Positions 1 through 12,366 of a DNA stretch of 64,000 nucleotides are shown piece after piece. The notes beneath the pieces were generated by a model. The model did no database searches. It had not been told where the DNA came from and saw only the letters and a program-made list of their open reading frames with translations. Source of the stretch: a bacterium. Lineage in GTDB: Bacteria > UBA8248. The position numbers and the translations under genes are program-made. The stretch spans positions 256,001-320,000 of the forward strand of contig OZ244799.1 of assembly GCA_965219955.1 (NCBI GenBank), in the 5' to 3' direction. Positions within the stretch are counted from its first letter, which is position 1; each line of letters begins with the position of its first letter.

Positions 1-265
1 CGAGGTGTACATTCTGACGAAAGAAGAGGGTGGCCGGCACACGCCGTTTTTCAACGGCTACCGGCCGCAGTTTTATTTCCGGACGACGGACGTGACGGGT
101 CTGGTGACGCTGCCCGAGGGCCGTGAGATGGTGATGCCCGGTGACAACGTGTCGCTGGACGTTGAGTTGATCACGCCGATAGCGATGGAGCGCGAGTTGC
201 GCTTCGCGATACGCGAGGGGGGCCGCACGGTGGGGGCCGGCGTCGTCACAGAGGTCGTCGAGTAG
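1..265 (+). CDS. tuf: Elongation factor Tu, C-terminal part (truncated by window edge)
   Basis: [27 protein letters not shown]...[13 protein letters not shown]; precedes rpsJ. Confidence 0.99.
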   Translation, partial: EVYILTKEEGGRHTPFFNGYRPQFYFRTTDVTGLVTLPEGREMVMPGDNVSLDVELITPIAMERELRFAIREGGRTVGAGVVTEVVE

Positions 266-290
266 AGCGATGGAAGGATAGCGGGAGAAA

Positions 291-599
291 ATGAGCCAGA
301 AGATTCGGATTCGACTGAAGGCTTACGATCACCGTCTGCTGGACCAATCGGTGGGCGAGATCGTCGATACGGTGAAGCGAACGGGAGCTTTGCTGGTGGG
401 GCCGGTGCCGCTGCCCACTTCCATCAACAAGTACACGGTGCTGCGCGGCCCGCACATTGACAAGAAATCGAGAGAGCAGTTCGAGATCCGGACGCACAAG
501 AGGCTCGTGGACATCATGGAGCCCACGCAGCAGACGGTGGATGCGCTCATGAAGCTGGAACTCGCCGCCGGTGTGGACGTCGAGATCAAGCTGAACTAG
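291..599 (+). CDS. rpsJ: 30S ribosomal protein S10
   Basis: [15 protein letters not shown]...[12 protein letters not shown]. Confidence 0.99.
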   Translation: MSQKIRIRLKAYDHRLLDQSVGEIVDTVKRTGALLVGPVPLPTSINKYTVLRGPHIDKKSREQFEIRTHKRLVDIMEPTQQTVDALMKLELAAGVDVEIKLN

Positions 600-612
600 A
601 CGGGATGATGTG

Positions 613-1326
613 ATGCAATTTTTACTTGGCCGAAAACTCGGTATGACCCAGGTGTTCTCGCCGGATGGCGGAGCGATTTCGGTGACGGTGGTCGAGGCGG
701 GTCCTTGCACCGTCGTGCAGCGCAAGACCGAGGAGAACGACGGCTATGCGGCCGTTCAACTCGGGTATATGCCCCGAAAGGAGAAAGGTCTCTCGAAAGC
801 GGCCCTGGGGCATTTCCAAAAGGCGGGCACACAGCCTTTTCGCTACCTCAGGGAAGTTCCGCTGGAGGAAGAGGACGCCGGGCTCGAAGCCGGCAGCCTC
901 CTCGACGTGACGATATTCGATCGCGGCGACCGGCTCGACGTGACGGGCACGAGCAAGGGCCGCGGTTTCGCCGGGGTGGTGAAGCGTCATGGATTCGGCG
1001 GCGGGCCGGCCTCTCACGGCGGCATGTTCGATCGCCTGCCCGGTGCGATGGGGGCATCTGCGTATCCCTCGAAAATCATCAAGGGCAAGAAAATGCCGGG
1101 TCAGATGGGGAACGAGAAGGTCACCACGCAGGGGCTTTTGGTGGTGGACGTCATCCCCGAGGAGAATCTGCTTCTGCTCAGAGGCGCGGTGCCCGGGGCG
1201 AACAATGGATTTGTGGTTTTGCGCAAGAGCGTCAAGGGCAACAGGGGCGGGCTGGAAAAACCGAAAGAGCAAGCCAGGAGCCTGAATCCCCTGAAGGCTT
1301 CCAAGCGGGCCGCACGAGGGAGTTGA
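613..1326 (+). CDS. rplC: 50S ribosomal protein L3
   Basis: LGRKLGMTQVF, GTSKGRGFAGVVKRH; operon position. Confidence 0.98.
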   Translation: MQFLLGRKLGMTQVFSPDGGAISVTVVEAGPCTVVQRKTEENDGYAAVQLGYMPRKEKGLSKAALGHFQKAGTQPFRYLREVPLEEEDAGLEAGSLLDVTIFDRGDRLDVTGTSKGRGFAGVVKRHGFGGGPASHGGMFDRLPGAMGASAYPSKIIKGKKMPGQMGNEKVTTQGLLVVDVIPEENLLLLRGAVPGANNGFVVLRKSVKGNRGGLEKPKEQARSLNPLKASKRAARGS

Positions 1327-1334
1327 GGAACGAG

Positions 1335-1961
1335 ATGCCCCAGATTGATGTGTATGACCTGGAAGGTCAGGTGGTGGAGCAGATGGATCTGCCCGAGTCC
1401 GTTTTCGACGGGGAGGTCAGGATGCACCTCATTCACCAGATGGTGAAGGCGCAACTCGCGGGGCGGCGCGCAGGCACGCACTCGACGCTGACGCGCAAGG
1501 AAGTGCACGGCACGGGCGCGAAACCCTTCCGGCAAAAGGGCGGGGGACGCGCGCGCGCGGGCGACGTCAAATCCCCGATATGGCGCCACGGCGGGGTCAC
1601 CTTCGGCCCCAAGCCGCGTGATTACAGCCAGAAGATGAACAAGAAGATGAAAAGCGGCGCATTGAGAAGCGCTCTCAACCTGAAGTGGAAAGAAGGGAAG
1701 CTGCTCATCGTGCGCGACCTCAATTTACCCGAGCCGAAAACGCGCCTCATGGTGGAAGTCATCGGGAACCTGAACCTGGGGCGGAAGGCGCTGATCGTGG
1801 ATGACGGGGGCGAGCGGAATTTTGAACTGGCGACGAGAAACATCAAGGGCGCGAAGCCGATGAAACCCGAAGGCCTGAACGTATACGACATCATGGGCCA
1901 CGAGCACCTCGTTTGCACCAAGGGCGCGCTCGACGGCATATCGGAAAGGTTGGCGGGCTAG
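1335..1961 (+). CDS. rplD: 50S ribosomal protein L4
   Basis: ATG 1335 after GAGGA; KPFRQKGGGRARAG, GGVTFGPKPRDY. Confidence 0.98.
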   Translation: MPQIDVYDLEGQVVEQMDLPESVFDGEVRMHLIHQMVKAQLAGRRAGTHSTLTRKEVHGTGAKPFRQKGGGRARAGDVKSPIWRHGGVTFGPKPRDYSQKMNKKMKSGALRSALNLKWKEGKLLIVRDLNLPEPKTRLMVEVIGNLNLGRKALIVDDGGERNFELATRNIKGAKPMKPEGLNVYDIMGHEHLVCTKGALDGISERLAG

Positions 1962-1964
1962 GAC

Positions 1965-2252
1965 ATGGAAAACACATCCATCATTCGCAGACCCTGCGTG
2001 ACGGAAAAAAGCATCGCGAGCACCGAGGAGGCGAACAAGGTCGTCTTCGAGGTCGCCGTCGGCGCCAACAAGATAGAGATAAAAAAGGCGGTGCAGGAGC
2101 TGTTCGGCGTCACGGTGCTGAACGTGAATACGATGCGGGTGCCCGGCAAGAAGGTTCGCATGGGCCGCCACCAGGGCGCCAAGCCAGCATGGAAAAAAGC
2201 GATTGTGACGCTGCGCGAAGGCGACACCATCGAGTTTTTTGAATCTGCTTAG
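1965..2252 (+). CDS. rplW: 50S ribosomal protein L23
   Basis: [35 protein letters not shown]. Confidence 0.98.
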   Translation: MENTSIIRRPCVTEKSIASTEEANKVVFEVAVGANKIEIKKAVQELFGVTVLNVNTMRVPGKKVRMGRHQGAKPAWKKAIVTLREGDTIEFFESA

Positions 2253-2269
2253 TTTTTGAGGCGAGAGCT

Positions 2270-3100
2270 ATGCCGGTAAAAAAATACAAGCCGACTTCTC
2301 CGGGGCGGAGATTCCAAGACGTTCTCCTGAGAGAGGAGATCACGACGGACCGGCCCGAGAAGTCCCTGACCAAGGGGTTGTCGAAATCCGGCGGAAGAAA
2401 CAACCACGGCCGCATCACCACCTATCAGAGGGGCGGGGGCCACAAGCGCCGCTACCGGGTGGTGGATTTCCGGCGCGAGAAGACCGGCGTACCCGGCAAG
2501 GTGCGCTCGATCGAATACGACCCGAACCGCTCGGCGCGGCTGGCGCTCATCGTCTATCTGGACGGGGAGAAGCGCTACATCATCGCGCCCGACGGCCTGG
2601 AAGTGGGCGCGACCGTCAGTTCCGGACCGGACGCGGAGATTCGCACCGGCAACGCGCTGCCCGTGGAGCGGATTCCGCTGGGCACCACGTGCCACAACAT
2701 CGAGATGAAGCCCGGGCGCGGCGGGCAAATCGCCCGCAGTGCGGGCGTGAGCGCCCAGCTCATGGCGAAGGAGGGGGATTACGCCCAGTTTCGGCTCTCC
2801 TCCGGCGAGGTGCGGATGATCCACCTGTCGTGCTACGCCACGATTGGCGAGGTCGGAAATTCCGACCACAGCAACGTGAGCCTGGGCAAGGCGGGGCGCA
2901 AGCGCTGGCTGGGCCGTCGTCCCAACGTCCGCGGCGTGGCCATGAACCCGGTGGATCACCCCCTGGGCGGCGGCGAGGGCAAGAGTTCGGGAGGCAGGCA
3001 CCCGGTGACCCCGTGGGGCAAGCCGACGAAAGGGTACAAGACGCGCAAGAAGGATAAGCCTTCTTCCAAATTCATCGTGCGGCGAAGAAAATCCAGGTAG
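2270..3100 (+). CDS. rplB: 50S ribosomal protein L2
   Basis: [27 protein letters not shown]. Confidence 0.99.
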   Translation: MPVKKYKPTSPGRRFQDVLLREEITTDRPEKSLTKGLSKSGGRNNHGRITTYQRGGGHKRRYRVVDFRREKTGVPGKVRSIEYDPNRSARLALIVYLDGEKRYIIAPDGLEVGATVSSGPDAEIRTGNALPVERIPLGTTCHNIEMKPGRGGQIARSAGVSAQLMAKEGDYAQFRLSSGEVRMIHLSCYATIGEVGNSDHSNVSLGKAGRKRWLGRRPNVRGVAMNPVDHPLGGGEGKSSGGRHPVTPWGKPTKGYKTRKKDKPSSKFIVRRRKSR

Positions 3101-3126
3101 CCGGATATCAGGGAGATTGGATAGCG

Positions 3127-3411
3127 ATGCCACGTTCTCTTCACAAGGGCCCATTCGTAGACGCTCACCTTCGCAAGAAAGTGGAGGCGATGGACGAGAG
3201 CGGCGAGAAGCGGATGATCAGGACCTGGTCGAGGCGCTCCACCATCGTGCCGGATTTCGTGGGCCATACGTTCGCCGTGCACAACGGCAAGAAATTCATA
3301 CCCGTGTACGTTACGGAGAACATGGTGGGCTTCAAGCTCGGGGATTTTTCTCCCACCCGCACGTTCCGCTCGCACTCGGGAATGACGAAGCGGCAGGTTA
3401 CGCTGAAATAG
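3127..3411 (+). CDS. rpsS: 30S ribosomal protein S19
   Basis: [26 protein letters not shown]. Confidence 0.99.
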   Translation: MPRSLHKGPFVDAHLRKKVEAMDESGEKRMIRTWSRRSTIVPDFVGHTFAVHNGKKFIPVYVTENMVGFKLGDFSPTRTFRSHSGMTKRQVTLK

Positions 3412-3447
3412 GTGTTGGCGGATAAGGCGAAACAGGCAGGGAATGAC

Positions 3448-3783
3448 ATGTCCAAAGCGATTTTGAAATATTACCGGGCCAAGCCGCGCAAGACGCGCCA
3501 GGTTGCGGACATGATCCGCGGCAAGCGGGTCGCGGACGCCCTCAACCTTTTGCGCCTGTCCACGCGTTCATCGGCCAAGGTGGTGGAGAAGGTTCTTCTC
3601 TCCGCGCTCGCGAACGCCACCGACAAGGGTGAACACGACGATCCCGAAGGCCTCATCGTGAAGAGCATTCGGGTGGACGTGGGGCCGACGCTCAAGCGGT
3701 TCCGGGCGCGGGCGCGCGGGCGCATCGGCCGCGTCAAGCACAGAAGTTGCCACATTCGCGTGGATATCGGCGAAGCGAGCTAG
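3448..3783 (+). CDS. rplV: 50S ribosomal protein L22
   Basis: PRKTRQVADMIRGK, GPTLKRFRARARGR; ATG 3448. Confidence 0.97.
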   Translation: MSKAILKYYRAKPRKTRQVADMIRGKRVADALNLLRLSTRSSAKVVEKVLLSALANATDKGEHDDPEGLIVKSIRVDVGPTLKRFRARARGRIGRVKHRSCHIRVDIGEAS

Positions 3784-3792
3784 GGAGATACT

Positions 3793-4455
3793 ATGGGTCA
3801 AAAAGTTCACCCCATCGGTTTTCGGGTCGGCATCACCAGAGGCTGGAATTCGCACTGGTTCGCCAAGCACAATTTCGGCGACCTGCTCCTGGACGATCTG
3901 CGCATCCGCAAGTACGTGAAGGATCGCCTCTCGCACGCAGGCGTGAGCAACGTGGAGATAGAGCGCGCCAGCGAGCGTGCGCGCATCAACATCTGGACGG
4001 CCCGGCCGGGCATCATCATCGGGAAGCGCGGTGCGGAGGTCGACAGGCTGAAGGCGGATTTGCAGGAGCTCACCGGCAACCAGGTGAACGTGAACATCAA
4101 GGAAGTGCGCAAGGCCGAGATGGACGCCCAGCTCGTAGCGGAGAACATCGCCATGCAGCTCGAGCGCCGGATCGCCTTTCGCCGCGCGATGAAAAAAGCG
4201 GTGACCTCGGCCCTTCGCTTCGGCGCCAAGGGCGTGAAGATACAGTGCTCCGGCAGGCTCGGGGGCGCCGAGATTGCGCGGACCGAATGGTACAGGGAGG
4301 GGCGCGTTCCCCTGCAGACCCTTCGCGCGGACATCGACTACGGATTCGCCGAAGGCAAGACGACATACGGGATCATCGGGGTCAAGGTCTGGATATTCAG
4401 GGGCGAAATGATCCGTCAGGCGAGAAGAACGCCTTCCCAGACGCTGGGTTCGTAA
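3793..4455 (+). CDS. rpsC: 30S ribosomal protein S3
   Basis: [27 protein letters not shown]. Confidence 0.99.
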   Translation: MGQKVHPIGFRVGITRGWNSHWFAKHNFGDLLLDDLRIRKYVKDRLSHAGVSNVEIERASERARINIWTARPGIIIGKRGAEVDRLKADLQELTGNQVNVNIKEVRKAEMDAQLVAENIAMQLERRIAFRRAMKKAVTSALRFGAKGVKIQCSGRLGGAEIARTEWYREGRVPLQTLRADIDYGFAEGKTTYGIIGVKVWIFRGEMIRQARRTPSQTLGS

Positions 4456-4475
4456 CAGGCGCTTAGGAGCGAGAC

Positions 4476-4883
4476 ATGCTGCAACCGAAAAGAACGAAGT
4501 TCAGAAAGATGCAGAAGGGGCGTCTGGACGGCAAGGCCCAGCGCGGCTCGACGCTCTCGTTCGGTTCCTACGGGCTTCAGACTCTGGAGACGACGCACAT
4601 CACGGCGCGCCAGATCGAGGCGGCGCGTATCGCCATGACGCGCCACGTCAAGCGCGGCGGACGGATATGGATTCGTCTTTTCCCGGATAAACCCATGTGC
4701 AAGAAGCCGGCCGAGGTTCGCATGGGCAAGGGCAAGGGCTCGCCCGAATACTGGGTGGCGCCCGTGCGCGCGGGCCGGATTCTCTACGAGATGGATGGCG
4801 TCGCCGATGATGTCGCCCGCGAAGCGCTTCGTCTGGCCGCCCAGAAGCTGCCCTGTAAAACCAGGATAGTGACCTCTTCCTGA
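4476..4883 (+). CDS. rplP: 50S ribosomal protein L16
   Basis: [25 protein letters not shown]. Confidence 0.99.
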   Translation: MLQPKRTKFRKMQKGRLDGKAQRGSTLSFGSYGLQTLETTHITARQIEAARIAMTRHVKRGGRIWIRLFPDKPMCKKPAEVRMGKGKGSPEYWVAPVRAGRILYEMDGVADDVAREALRLAAQKLPCKTRIVTSS

Positions 4884-4896
4884 GGGGGATGATGGC

Positions 4897-5118
4897 GTGA
4901 AATACAGCGAGGTCCTCGAGTTGAGCGATGATGAGCTCGAGTTCAAGGAAAAGGAATTACGTCAGGAGTTGTTCAACCTGCGCTTTCGAAAGGCGACGGG
5001 CCAATTGGACAACACGGCGCGCATCGGTCTGCTCAAGCGGGATTTGGCGCGGGTGCTGACTTCAAAGCGCGAGCGAGAGGGAGCGCAGGCCGCAGGTGCT
5101 GAGGAAGAGGGATCTTAG
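4897..5118 (+). CDS. rpmC: 50S ribosomal protein L29
   Basis: ELFNLRFRKATGQLDN...RDLARVLT. Confidence 0.97.
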   Translation: MKYSEVLELSDDELEFKEKELRQELFNLRFRKATGQLDNTARIGLLKRDLARVLTSKREREGAQAAGAEEEGS

Positions 5119-5379
5119 ATGAGTCAGGTTCGGGGCAGGCGGAAGGTTCGGGAAGGAAGGGTCGTAAGCGACGTGATGGACAAGACCGTCACCGTCGAGG
5201 TGGTGCGTATGTTCAAGCATACGACCTTCAAGCGCGTTGTGCGCAGGCGGAAGAAATACCTGGTCCACGATGAGGAGAACTCCCTGCATACGGGAGACAG
5301 GGTGCGCATCATCGAAACCAGGCCGCTCAGCCGGAGGAAGCGCTGGCGTCTTCTGGATGTGATTGATCGCAGCAAGTAG
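5119..5379 (+). CDS. rpsQ: 30S ribosomal protein S17
   Basis: GRVVSDVMDKTVTV, ETRPLSRRKRW. Confidence 0.98.
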   Translation: MSQVRGRRKVREGRVVSDVMDKTVTVEVVRMFKHTTFKRVVRRRKKYLVHDEENSLHTGDRVRIIETRPLSRRKRWRLLDVIDRSK

Positions 5380-5391
5380 GGAACCGGAAAA

Positions 5392-5760
5392 ATGATTCAG
5401 GTCGAAACAATGTGCGGCGTGGCGGACAATTCAGGGGCGAAGCGCGCCCAGTGCATCAAGGTGTTGGGTGGTTCGCGCCGCCGGTATGCGCGGATCGGCG
5501 ACATCATCGTCGTGGCGATCAAGGAAGCCGTGCCGAACAGCCCCATCAAGAAGGGGGAGGTCAGGCGCGCCGTCGTCGTTCGGACCGTCAAGGAGACCGG
5601 GCGCGAGGACGGCACCTACATTCGCTTCGACGACAATGCCGTCGTCATCATCAATGAAGCGCGCGAGCCGATGGGGACGCGCATTTTCGGGCCCGTGGCC
5701 CGCGAGTTGCGGCGCAAGCGTTTCATGCGCATCGTTTCGCTCGCGCCTGAGGTTTTGTGA
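5392..5760 (+). CDS. rplN: 50S ribosomal protein L14
   Basis: [28 protein letters not shown]. Confidence 0.99.
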   Translation: MIQVETMCGVADNSGAKRAQCIKVLGGSRRRYARIGDIIVVAIKEAVPNSPIKKGEVRRAVVVRTVKETGREDGTYIRFDDNAVVIINEAREPMGTRIFGPVARELRRKRFMRIVSLAPEVL

Positions 5761-5768
5761 GGAACGAG

Positions 5769-6107
5769 ATGGGTTCGAACCCAAGGAAAACGCATGTGAA
5801 AAAAGGCGACATCGTTCAGGTGATCGCAGGCCGCGAGAAGGGAAAGACCGGCAAGGTGCTTCAGGTGCTCAAGGATGAAAACCGCGTGATCGTCGAGAAG
5901 GTGAACGTGGTGAAGCGGCACACGAAGCCGAGTCAGGGGCAGCAGCAGGGGGGTATTCTGGAGCGGGAGGGAAAGATTCATATTTCCAACGTCATGCCCG
6001 TGGACCCGAAGACCAACCAGCCCTCCCGGATCCGGAGAAAGCGGCTCGAAGACGGCGCTCACGTGCGCGTGACGCACAGCAGCGGCGAATTGCTCGATAC
6101 GGTGTAG
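5769..6107 (+). CDS. rplX: 50S ribosomal protein L24
   Basis: KOW motif VKKGDIVQVIAGREKGKTG, IHISNV. Confidence 0.97.
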   Translation: MGSNPRKTHVKKGDIVQVIAGREKGKTGKVLQVLKDENRVIVEKVNVVKRHTKPSQGQQQGGILEREGKIHISNVMPVDPKTNQPSRIRRKRLEDGAHVRVTHSSGELLDTV

Positions 6108-6131
6108 TTCAGGAGAAGGATTTTAATCGAA

Positions 6132-6683
6132 ATGGCGTACGTGCCCAGAATGTTGCAGTTTTACCGTGACGAAATCATGGAAAAACTCCGCAAGGAGTTT
6201 GAATACGCCAACGTCATGCAGATTCCACGGCTCATGAAAATCACGTTGAACATGGGGCTCGGGGAAGCCGTCCAGAATGCGGCAACTCTTGAAAACGGAG
6301 TGGCTGAATTGACGAGTATTGCGGGCCAGAAGCCCGTGATCACCCGCGCGAGAAAATCCATTGCGAATTTCAAGCTTCGCGAGGGGATGCCCATCGGAGC
6401 GATGGTGACGCTTCGCGGCGTGCGGATGTGGGATTTCATGGACTGCCTGGTGAACGTGGCGCTCCCGCGCGTGCGCGACTTCAGGGGCTTGAGCCCCAAA
6501 TCCTTCGATGGCCGCGGGAACTACAGCCTCGGGATTCGGGAGCAGATCATTTTTCCCGAGATCGATTTCGACAAGGTGGAGAGGTCCCGAGGCGTCGGGG
6601 TCGTCGTGAACACGTCGGCGGGAACGGACGAAGAGGGCAGGGCGCTGCTTCGCGAGTTGGGCGTTCCCTTCCGTGTGAATTAA
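6132..6683 (+). CDS. rplE: 50S ribosomal protein L5
   Basis: [30 protein letters not shown]. Confidence 0.99.
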   Translation: MAYVPRMLQFYRDEIMEKLRKEFEYANVMQIPRLMKITLNMGLGEAVQNAATLENGVAELTSIAGQKPVITRARKSIANFKLREGMPIGAMVTLRGVRMWDFMDCLVNVALPRVRDFRGLSPKSFDGRGNYSLGIREQIIFPEIDFDKVERSRGVGVVVNTSAGTDEEGRALLRELGVPFRVN

Positions 6684-6694
6684 GAGGAAATACA

Positions 6695-6880
6695 GTGGCG
6701 AAAAAGTGCTTGATTGCGAAACAGAAGAAGACGCCCAAGTTCGGCGTGCGGGCGTATAACCGCTGCCAGCGCTGCGGGCGTCCGCGGGGCTACTTGAGGC
6801 GTTTCAAGATTTGTCGAATCTGCTTCCGTGAATTGTCGCTCAAGGGCGAGATTCCGGGCGTCACGAAATCGAGTTGGTAG
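6695..6880 (+). CDS. rpsZ: 30S ribosomal protein S14, Zn-binding type Z
   Basis: GTG 6695 after GAGGA; 61 aa with [16 protein letters not shown]. Confidence 0.97.
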   Translation: MAKKCLIAKQKKTPKFGVRAYNRCQRCGRPRGYLRRFKICRICFRELSLKGEIPGVTKSSW

Positions 6881-6896
6881 TCGGAGAGCAAAGAAT

Positions 6897-7298
6897 ATGA
6901 GCATGACGGATCCCATTGCCGATCTTCTGACGCGCATTCGCAATGCGGTGCGCGCGGGTCATGAAAGCGTCGTGATTCCGGGCAGCGAGCTCAAGGCGCG
7001 AGTCGTCGGAATCCTGAAGTCCCAGGGCTACATCAAAGGCTACGACATCGAGCCCGGGCCTGCCGGACAGACGCAGATCAAGGTGGAACTCAAACCGCCC
7101 CAGGACGGCAAGCTGGTGTTGAGCGGCCTCAAGCGCGTCAGCAAGCCCGGTCTTCGCGTATACGTGAACAAGGAGTCGGTCCCCAAGGTGCTCAACGGCA
7201 TGGGGATCGCCATTCTCACGACATCGCGAGGCGTGGTGACGGATGAGGAAGCGAGAAACCTGGGTGTGGGCGGTGAAGTTCTTTGTGAAATTTGGTGA
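6897..7298 (+). CDS. rpsH: 30S ribosomal protein S8
   Basis: TDPIADLLTRIRNA, RVSKPGLRVY. Confidence 0.98.
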   Translation: MSMTDPIADLLTRIRNAVRAGHESVVIPGSELKARVVGILKSQGYIKGYDIEPGPAGQTQIKVELKPPQDGKLVLSGLKRVSKPGLRVYVNKESVPKVLNGMGIAILTTSRGVVTDEEARNLGVGGEVLCEIW

Positions 7299-7308
7299 GG
7301 TGGTTTGA

Positions 7309-7854
7309 ATGTCACGCATCGGAAAAATGCCGATTCCCATACCCTCGGGCGTGGAAGTGAAGCTCGATGGACGGCAAATCTTCGTCAAGGGGCCTCTGGG
7401 AGAACTCGATCTCGAGCTGCACCACAGGCCGAAGGTGGCGATTGATGACGGGAACGTCGTCGTCTCGCGCGTCAGCGAATCTCGCCAGGATAAATCGCTG
7501 CACGGCCTCACGCGCTCGCTGATCGCCAATATGGTCGAAGGCGTGACGAAAGGCTTCGAGAAGGAACTCGAGATCATCGGCCTGGGATACCGCGTGGAGG
7601 AGAAGGGCAAGGGAGTCGTCCTGAACGTGGGGTATTCGCATCCGGTGAGCATCGAACCGATCGAGGGCATCACCTTCGAGGTGCAGAGTGACCGGACGCG
7701 AACGGCGATCAAGGTGAAGGGCATCGACAAGCAGTTGGTGGGCTGGGTGGCCGCTGAAATCCGCAAGGTGAAGCCCCCCGAGCCGTACAAGGGGAAAGGC
7801 ATCCGCTATGCGGGCGAGACGGTTCGCCGCAAGGTCGGCAAGGCCGGCGTGTAG
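7309..7854 (+). CDS. rplF: 50S ribosomal protein L6
   Basis: MSRIGKMPI, PPEPYKGKGIRY. Confidence 0.99.
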   Translation: MSRIGKMPIPIPSGVEVKLDGRQIFVKGPLGELDLELHHRPKVAIDDGNVVVSRVSESRQDKSLHGLTRSLIANMVEGVTKGFEKELEIIGLGYRVEEKGKGVVLNVGYSHPVSIEPIEGITFEVQSDRTRTAIKVKGIDKQLVGWVAAEIRKVKPPEPYKGKGIRYAGETVRRKVGKAGV

Positions 7855-7871
7855 CGCGGGAGGTTTGAGAA

Positions 7872-8252
7872 GTGGGTCGACTGAGCAAGCTTGAGGCGAG
7901 ACTCAAGCGGAAGACGAGAATTCGCAAGAAGAGCCGCGGGACGGGTCAGCGTCCGCGTTTGACGGTTTTCAGGAGCGGCGCTCACATCTATGCCCAGATG
8001 ATAGATGACGTCACGGGCGAGACCCTGGCGGCGGCTTCCTCGCGTGAGAAGGATTTCGCATCCGAGGCGAAGGACGCCGAAAACGCGGGCGGGAGCAACG
8101 TGGCGGGCGCCGTGATCGTCGGCAAGCTGCTGGCTGGTCGCGCGAAGGCCAAGGGTGTGGAGAAAGTGGTTTTCGACCGCAACGGCTATCTCTATCATGG
8201 CCGCGTGAAGGCGCTGGCCGATAGTGTGAGAGAAACGGGGGTAAGTTTCTGA
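7872..8252 (+). CDS. rplR: 50S ribosomal protein L18
   Basis: [28 protein letters not shown]. Confidence 0.98.
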   Translation: MGRLSKLEARLKRKTRIRKKSRGTGQRPRLTVFRSGAHIYAQMIDDVTGETLAAASSREKDFASEAKDAENAGGSNVAGAVIVGKLLAGRAKAKGVEKVVFDRNGYLYHGRVKALADSVRETGVSF

Positions 8253-8938
8253 TGGCGCGAGAGGCGAGAAGAGGCCGGGACAGGGAGCCTGAGAATCCCG
8301 AGGAGCGTGAATTCATCGACCGGGTCATCTACGTGAACCGCGTGGCCAAGGTGGTGAAGGGCGGCAGGCGCTTCAGTTTCAGCGCCCTGGTGACCGTCGG
8401 CGACAGGAAGGGCCAGGTCGGCATCGGGATGGGCAAGGCGAACGAGGTGCCCGAAGCCATTCGCAAGGGCGTGGAGAAAGCCCGCAAGTCGATGGTGAAG
8501 GTGGCCCTCGACCAGGAGACCATTCCCCACCAGGCGATGGGCAAGTACGGCGCGGGCCGCGTGTTGCTCAAGCCGGCGGCGCGGGGAACGGGCGTCATCG
8601 CGGGCGGTCCCGTGCGCGCGGTGCTGGACGTCGCCGGGGTGCGCGACATATTGACGAAGTGCATCGGCACGAACAACCCGCACAACGCGGCCAAGGCGAC
8701 GCTGCAGGGTTTGTCCTCGCTGCGCAACCGGGAGGAAGTTCTCGCGCTCCGGGGCATCGGTTTGGCCGATGAGGCCGCCGAAGGCGCAGAGGCGGAGGCT
8801 GTCGAGGCAGTGGCGGTGGATACAGAGGTCACGGCGGAAGACGCCGTGGACAGCGACCCCGCAGCCGCCGAAGCGGGTGATGACGCCGACGCCCAGGACA
8901 GCGTCGACGCCGAAGATGACGGCGCGAAAGAAGAATAG
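8252..8938 (+). CDS. rpsE: 30S ribosomal protein S5 with acidic C-terminal extension
   Basis: [23 protein letters not shown]. Confidence 0.98.
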   Translation: MAREARRGRDREPENPEEREFIDRVIYVNRVAKVVKGGRRFSFSALVTVGDRKGQVGIGMGKANEVPEAIRKGVEKARKSMVKVALDQETIPHQAMGKYGAGRVLLKPAARGTGVIAGGPVRAVLDVAGVRDILTKCIGTNNPHNAAKATLQGLSSLRNREEVLALRGIGLADEAAEGAEAEAVEAVAVDTEVTAEDAVDSDPAAAEAGDDADAQDSVDAEDDGAKEE

Positions 8939-8946
8939 AGGAAAAG

Positions 8947-9135
8947 ATGGCGCAGGATAAAATTAAAATCACCTTGAAAAAAAGCTCGTCCGGCTCGAGC
9001 GTGAAGCAGCGCGCCGTTTTGCACGGGTTGGGCCTGAGGCGGATCAACCAGACGGTCGTGAAAGCGGACAACGCCTGCATTCGCGGCATGGTGTTCAAGA
9101 TCAAGCATCTCGTAGAAGTGGAGGAGGGGGCCTGA
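8947..9135 (+). CDS. rpmD: 50S ribosomal protein L30
   Basis: [10 protein letters not shown]...[12 protein letters not shown]. Confidence 0.96.
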   Translation: MAQDKIKITLKKSSSGSSVKQRAVLHGLGLRRINQTVVKADNACIRGMVFKIKHLVEVEEGA

Positions 9136-9149
9136 TCCCCCGGATTCAT

Positions 9150-9658
9150 ATGTCCGAGAACGACGCGAAGTCAGAAAATTCATATACGGGCCTGGGTGAT
9201 TTGTCCTCCCCGGACGGGGCGGTGAAGGCCCGGCGGCGCGTGGGGCGCGGCGCAGGCTCCGGCAGGGGCAAGACCTCGACCCGGGGGCACAAGGGTCAGA
9301 AATCCCGCTCCGGCTACAGCCGAAAAGTAGGTTTCGAGGGCGGCCAGATGCCGCTCCAGCGCCGCTTGCCGAAACGCGGTTTCAGTAACCGCTTCAAAAA
9401 AGAGTTTGCCGAGTTGAACGTGGGACGTTTGGGCGTTCTGGCGGCGGGCGCGAGCGTCGACGCCGACGCTCTCCAGGCGGCCGGACTGATCCGGAAAATG
9501 GGCAAGGACGGCGTCAAGCTCCTGGGTGAGGGCGAGGTCGATCGCGCGATTCACCTCAAAGTCCAGAAATGCAGCGAATCGGCCCGCCGGAAAATCGAGA
9601 GCGCGGGAGGCAGCGTCGAGATCGTGGCCCTGGCCGCGAAGCCGGAGGATAAAAGCGA

Positions 9659-9662
<4 letters not shown>
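9150..9662 (+). CDS. rplO: 50S ribosomal protein L15
   Basis: GRGAGSGRGKTSTRGHKGQ, FEGGQMPLQRRLPKRGF. Confidence 0.98.
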
Positions 9663-10981
<1,319 letters not shown>

Positions 10982-10984
10982 CAA

Positions 10985-11614
10985 ATGAAAATCATTCTTT
11001 TGGGTCCTCCGGGTTCGGGGAAGGGGACTCAGGGAGCCGAACTCTCGAAATCCCTGCACGTGCCCGAAATCTCGACGGGAGACATGTTGCGTCAGGCGGT
11101 GGCGGAGAAGACGGCGCTGGGTCAGCAGGTGGGAGATGTCATCAACCAGGGTTGTCTCGTGCCGGATGACCTCATCATTTCGGTGATTGAGGAGCGCATC
11201 TCCCGCTCCGACTGCGGGCATGGCTTCATCCTGGATGGTTTTCCCAGGACGATTGAGCAGGGCGAGGCCCTGGAGAAAGTCTTGCCGGACAGCGTGGATG
11301 TGGTTATCTATTTCAATGTGTCGAGCGAGGCAGTGGTGGCTCGCCTGGCGGGTAGACTCACGTGCAGGAAATGCGGCGCCGTCTATCCCAACATGGACAC
11401 CTCGCTTTGCTCCGTTTGTGGAGGAGACCTCTACCAGCGCGAGGACGACATGACGAGCACCGTGCTTCGTCGCCTGGAACTGTATCGGGAGCATACCGAG
11501 CCGTTGGTGGCGTTTTATCGCGCAAAGGGCAAGCTCGCGGAGATCGACGGCGAGGGCAGCGTCGAGGACATCGCGCAGAGGGTGGAGGAAGGTATTGACC
11601 AGGTGCTGGCCTGA
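10985..11614 (+). CDS. adk: Adenylate kinase (Zn-lid type)
   Basis: GPPGSGKGTQ, ILDGFPRT, CRKC..CSVC. Confidence 0.98.
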   Translation: MKIILLGPPGSGKGTQGAELSKSLHVPEISTGDMLRQAVAEKTALGQQVGDVINQGCLVPDDLIISVIEERISRSDCGHGFILDGFPRTIEQGEALEKVLPDSVDVVIYFNVSSEAVVARLAGRLTCRKCGAVYPNMDTSLCSVCGGDLYQREDDMTSTVLRRLELYREHTEPLVAFYRAKGKLAEIDGEGSVEDIAQRVEEGIDQVLA

Positions 11615-12366
11615 TGGCCATTATCCTTCGTTCGCGAAAAGAAATAGAGCGTTTGCGGGCGAGCAACCGGGTGGTCATGAGCGTCATGTCGGAACTCAGG
11701 GAAGCGATTCGACCGGGCGTCACGACCCTGGAGCTGGATGCCCTGGCGGAACGGATTATTCGTGAACAGGGGGCGATACCCGCATTCAAGGGATACAGAG
11801 GCTATCGGCATACGATATGCGCTTCGATCAACGAAGAGGTGGTTCATGGGGTGCCCTCGGAGAAGAAGCTCGAGGAGGGGGATATCGTCAGCGTGGATGT
11901 CGGGGCGAAACTGTATGGCTACTATGGGGATCATGCCGTGACATTCCCCGTGGGCGAAGTTGATTCGGAGGCGAACAAGTTGTTGAAATGCTGTGAGGAG
12001 TCGCTTTTCAAGGGAATCGAGCAGGCCAAGCCGGGCAACCGGTTGTTTGATATTTCACATGCCGTGCAAAAGCACGCGGAAGGCGCCGGTTTTTCGGTGG
12101 TGCGCGCCTATGTGGGGCATGGGGTGGGGACGAATCTTCACGAAGAGCCCCAGGTTCCGAATTTCGGCGAACCCGGCACGGGGCCGGAGTTGAAGGCGGG
12201 CATGGTTCTCGCCATCGAGCCGATGCTGAACATGGGCGTTCACGACGTGAAGGTCTTAAGCGATGAGTGGACAGTCGTCACGGCGGACGAGAAACTCTCC
12301 GCGCATTTTGAGCATTCCGTGGCCATCACCGAAGACGGCCCGGATATTCTGAGCCTGGCAGCATGA
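11614..12366 (+). CDS. map: Methionine aminopeptidase type I
   Basis: [26 protein letters not shown]. Confidence 0.98.
   Translation: MAIILRSRKEIERLRASNRVVMSVMSELREAIRPGVTTLELDALAERIIREQGAIPAFKGYRGYRHTICASINEEVVHGVPSEKKLEEGDIVSVDVGAKLYGYYGDHAVTFPVGEVDSEANKLLKCCEESLFKGIEQAKPGNRLFDISHAVQKHAEGAGFSVVRAYVGHGVGTNLHEEPQVPNFGEPGTGPELKAGMVLAIEPMLNMGVHDVKVLSDEWTVVTADEKLSAHFEHSVAITEDGPDILSLAA

Noticed and set aside
705-1961. 418-aa ORF as an extended L4
   Set aside because: It overlaps rplC out of frame; the RBS and ATG are at 1335.
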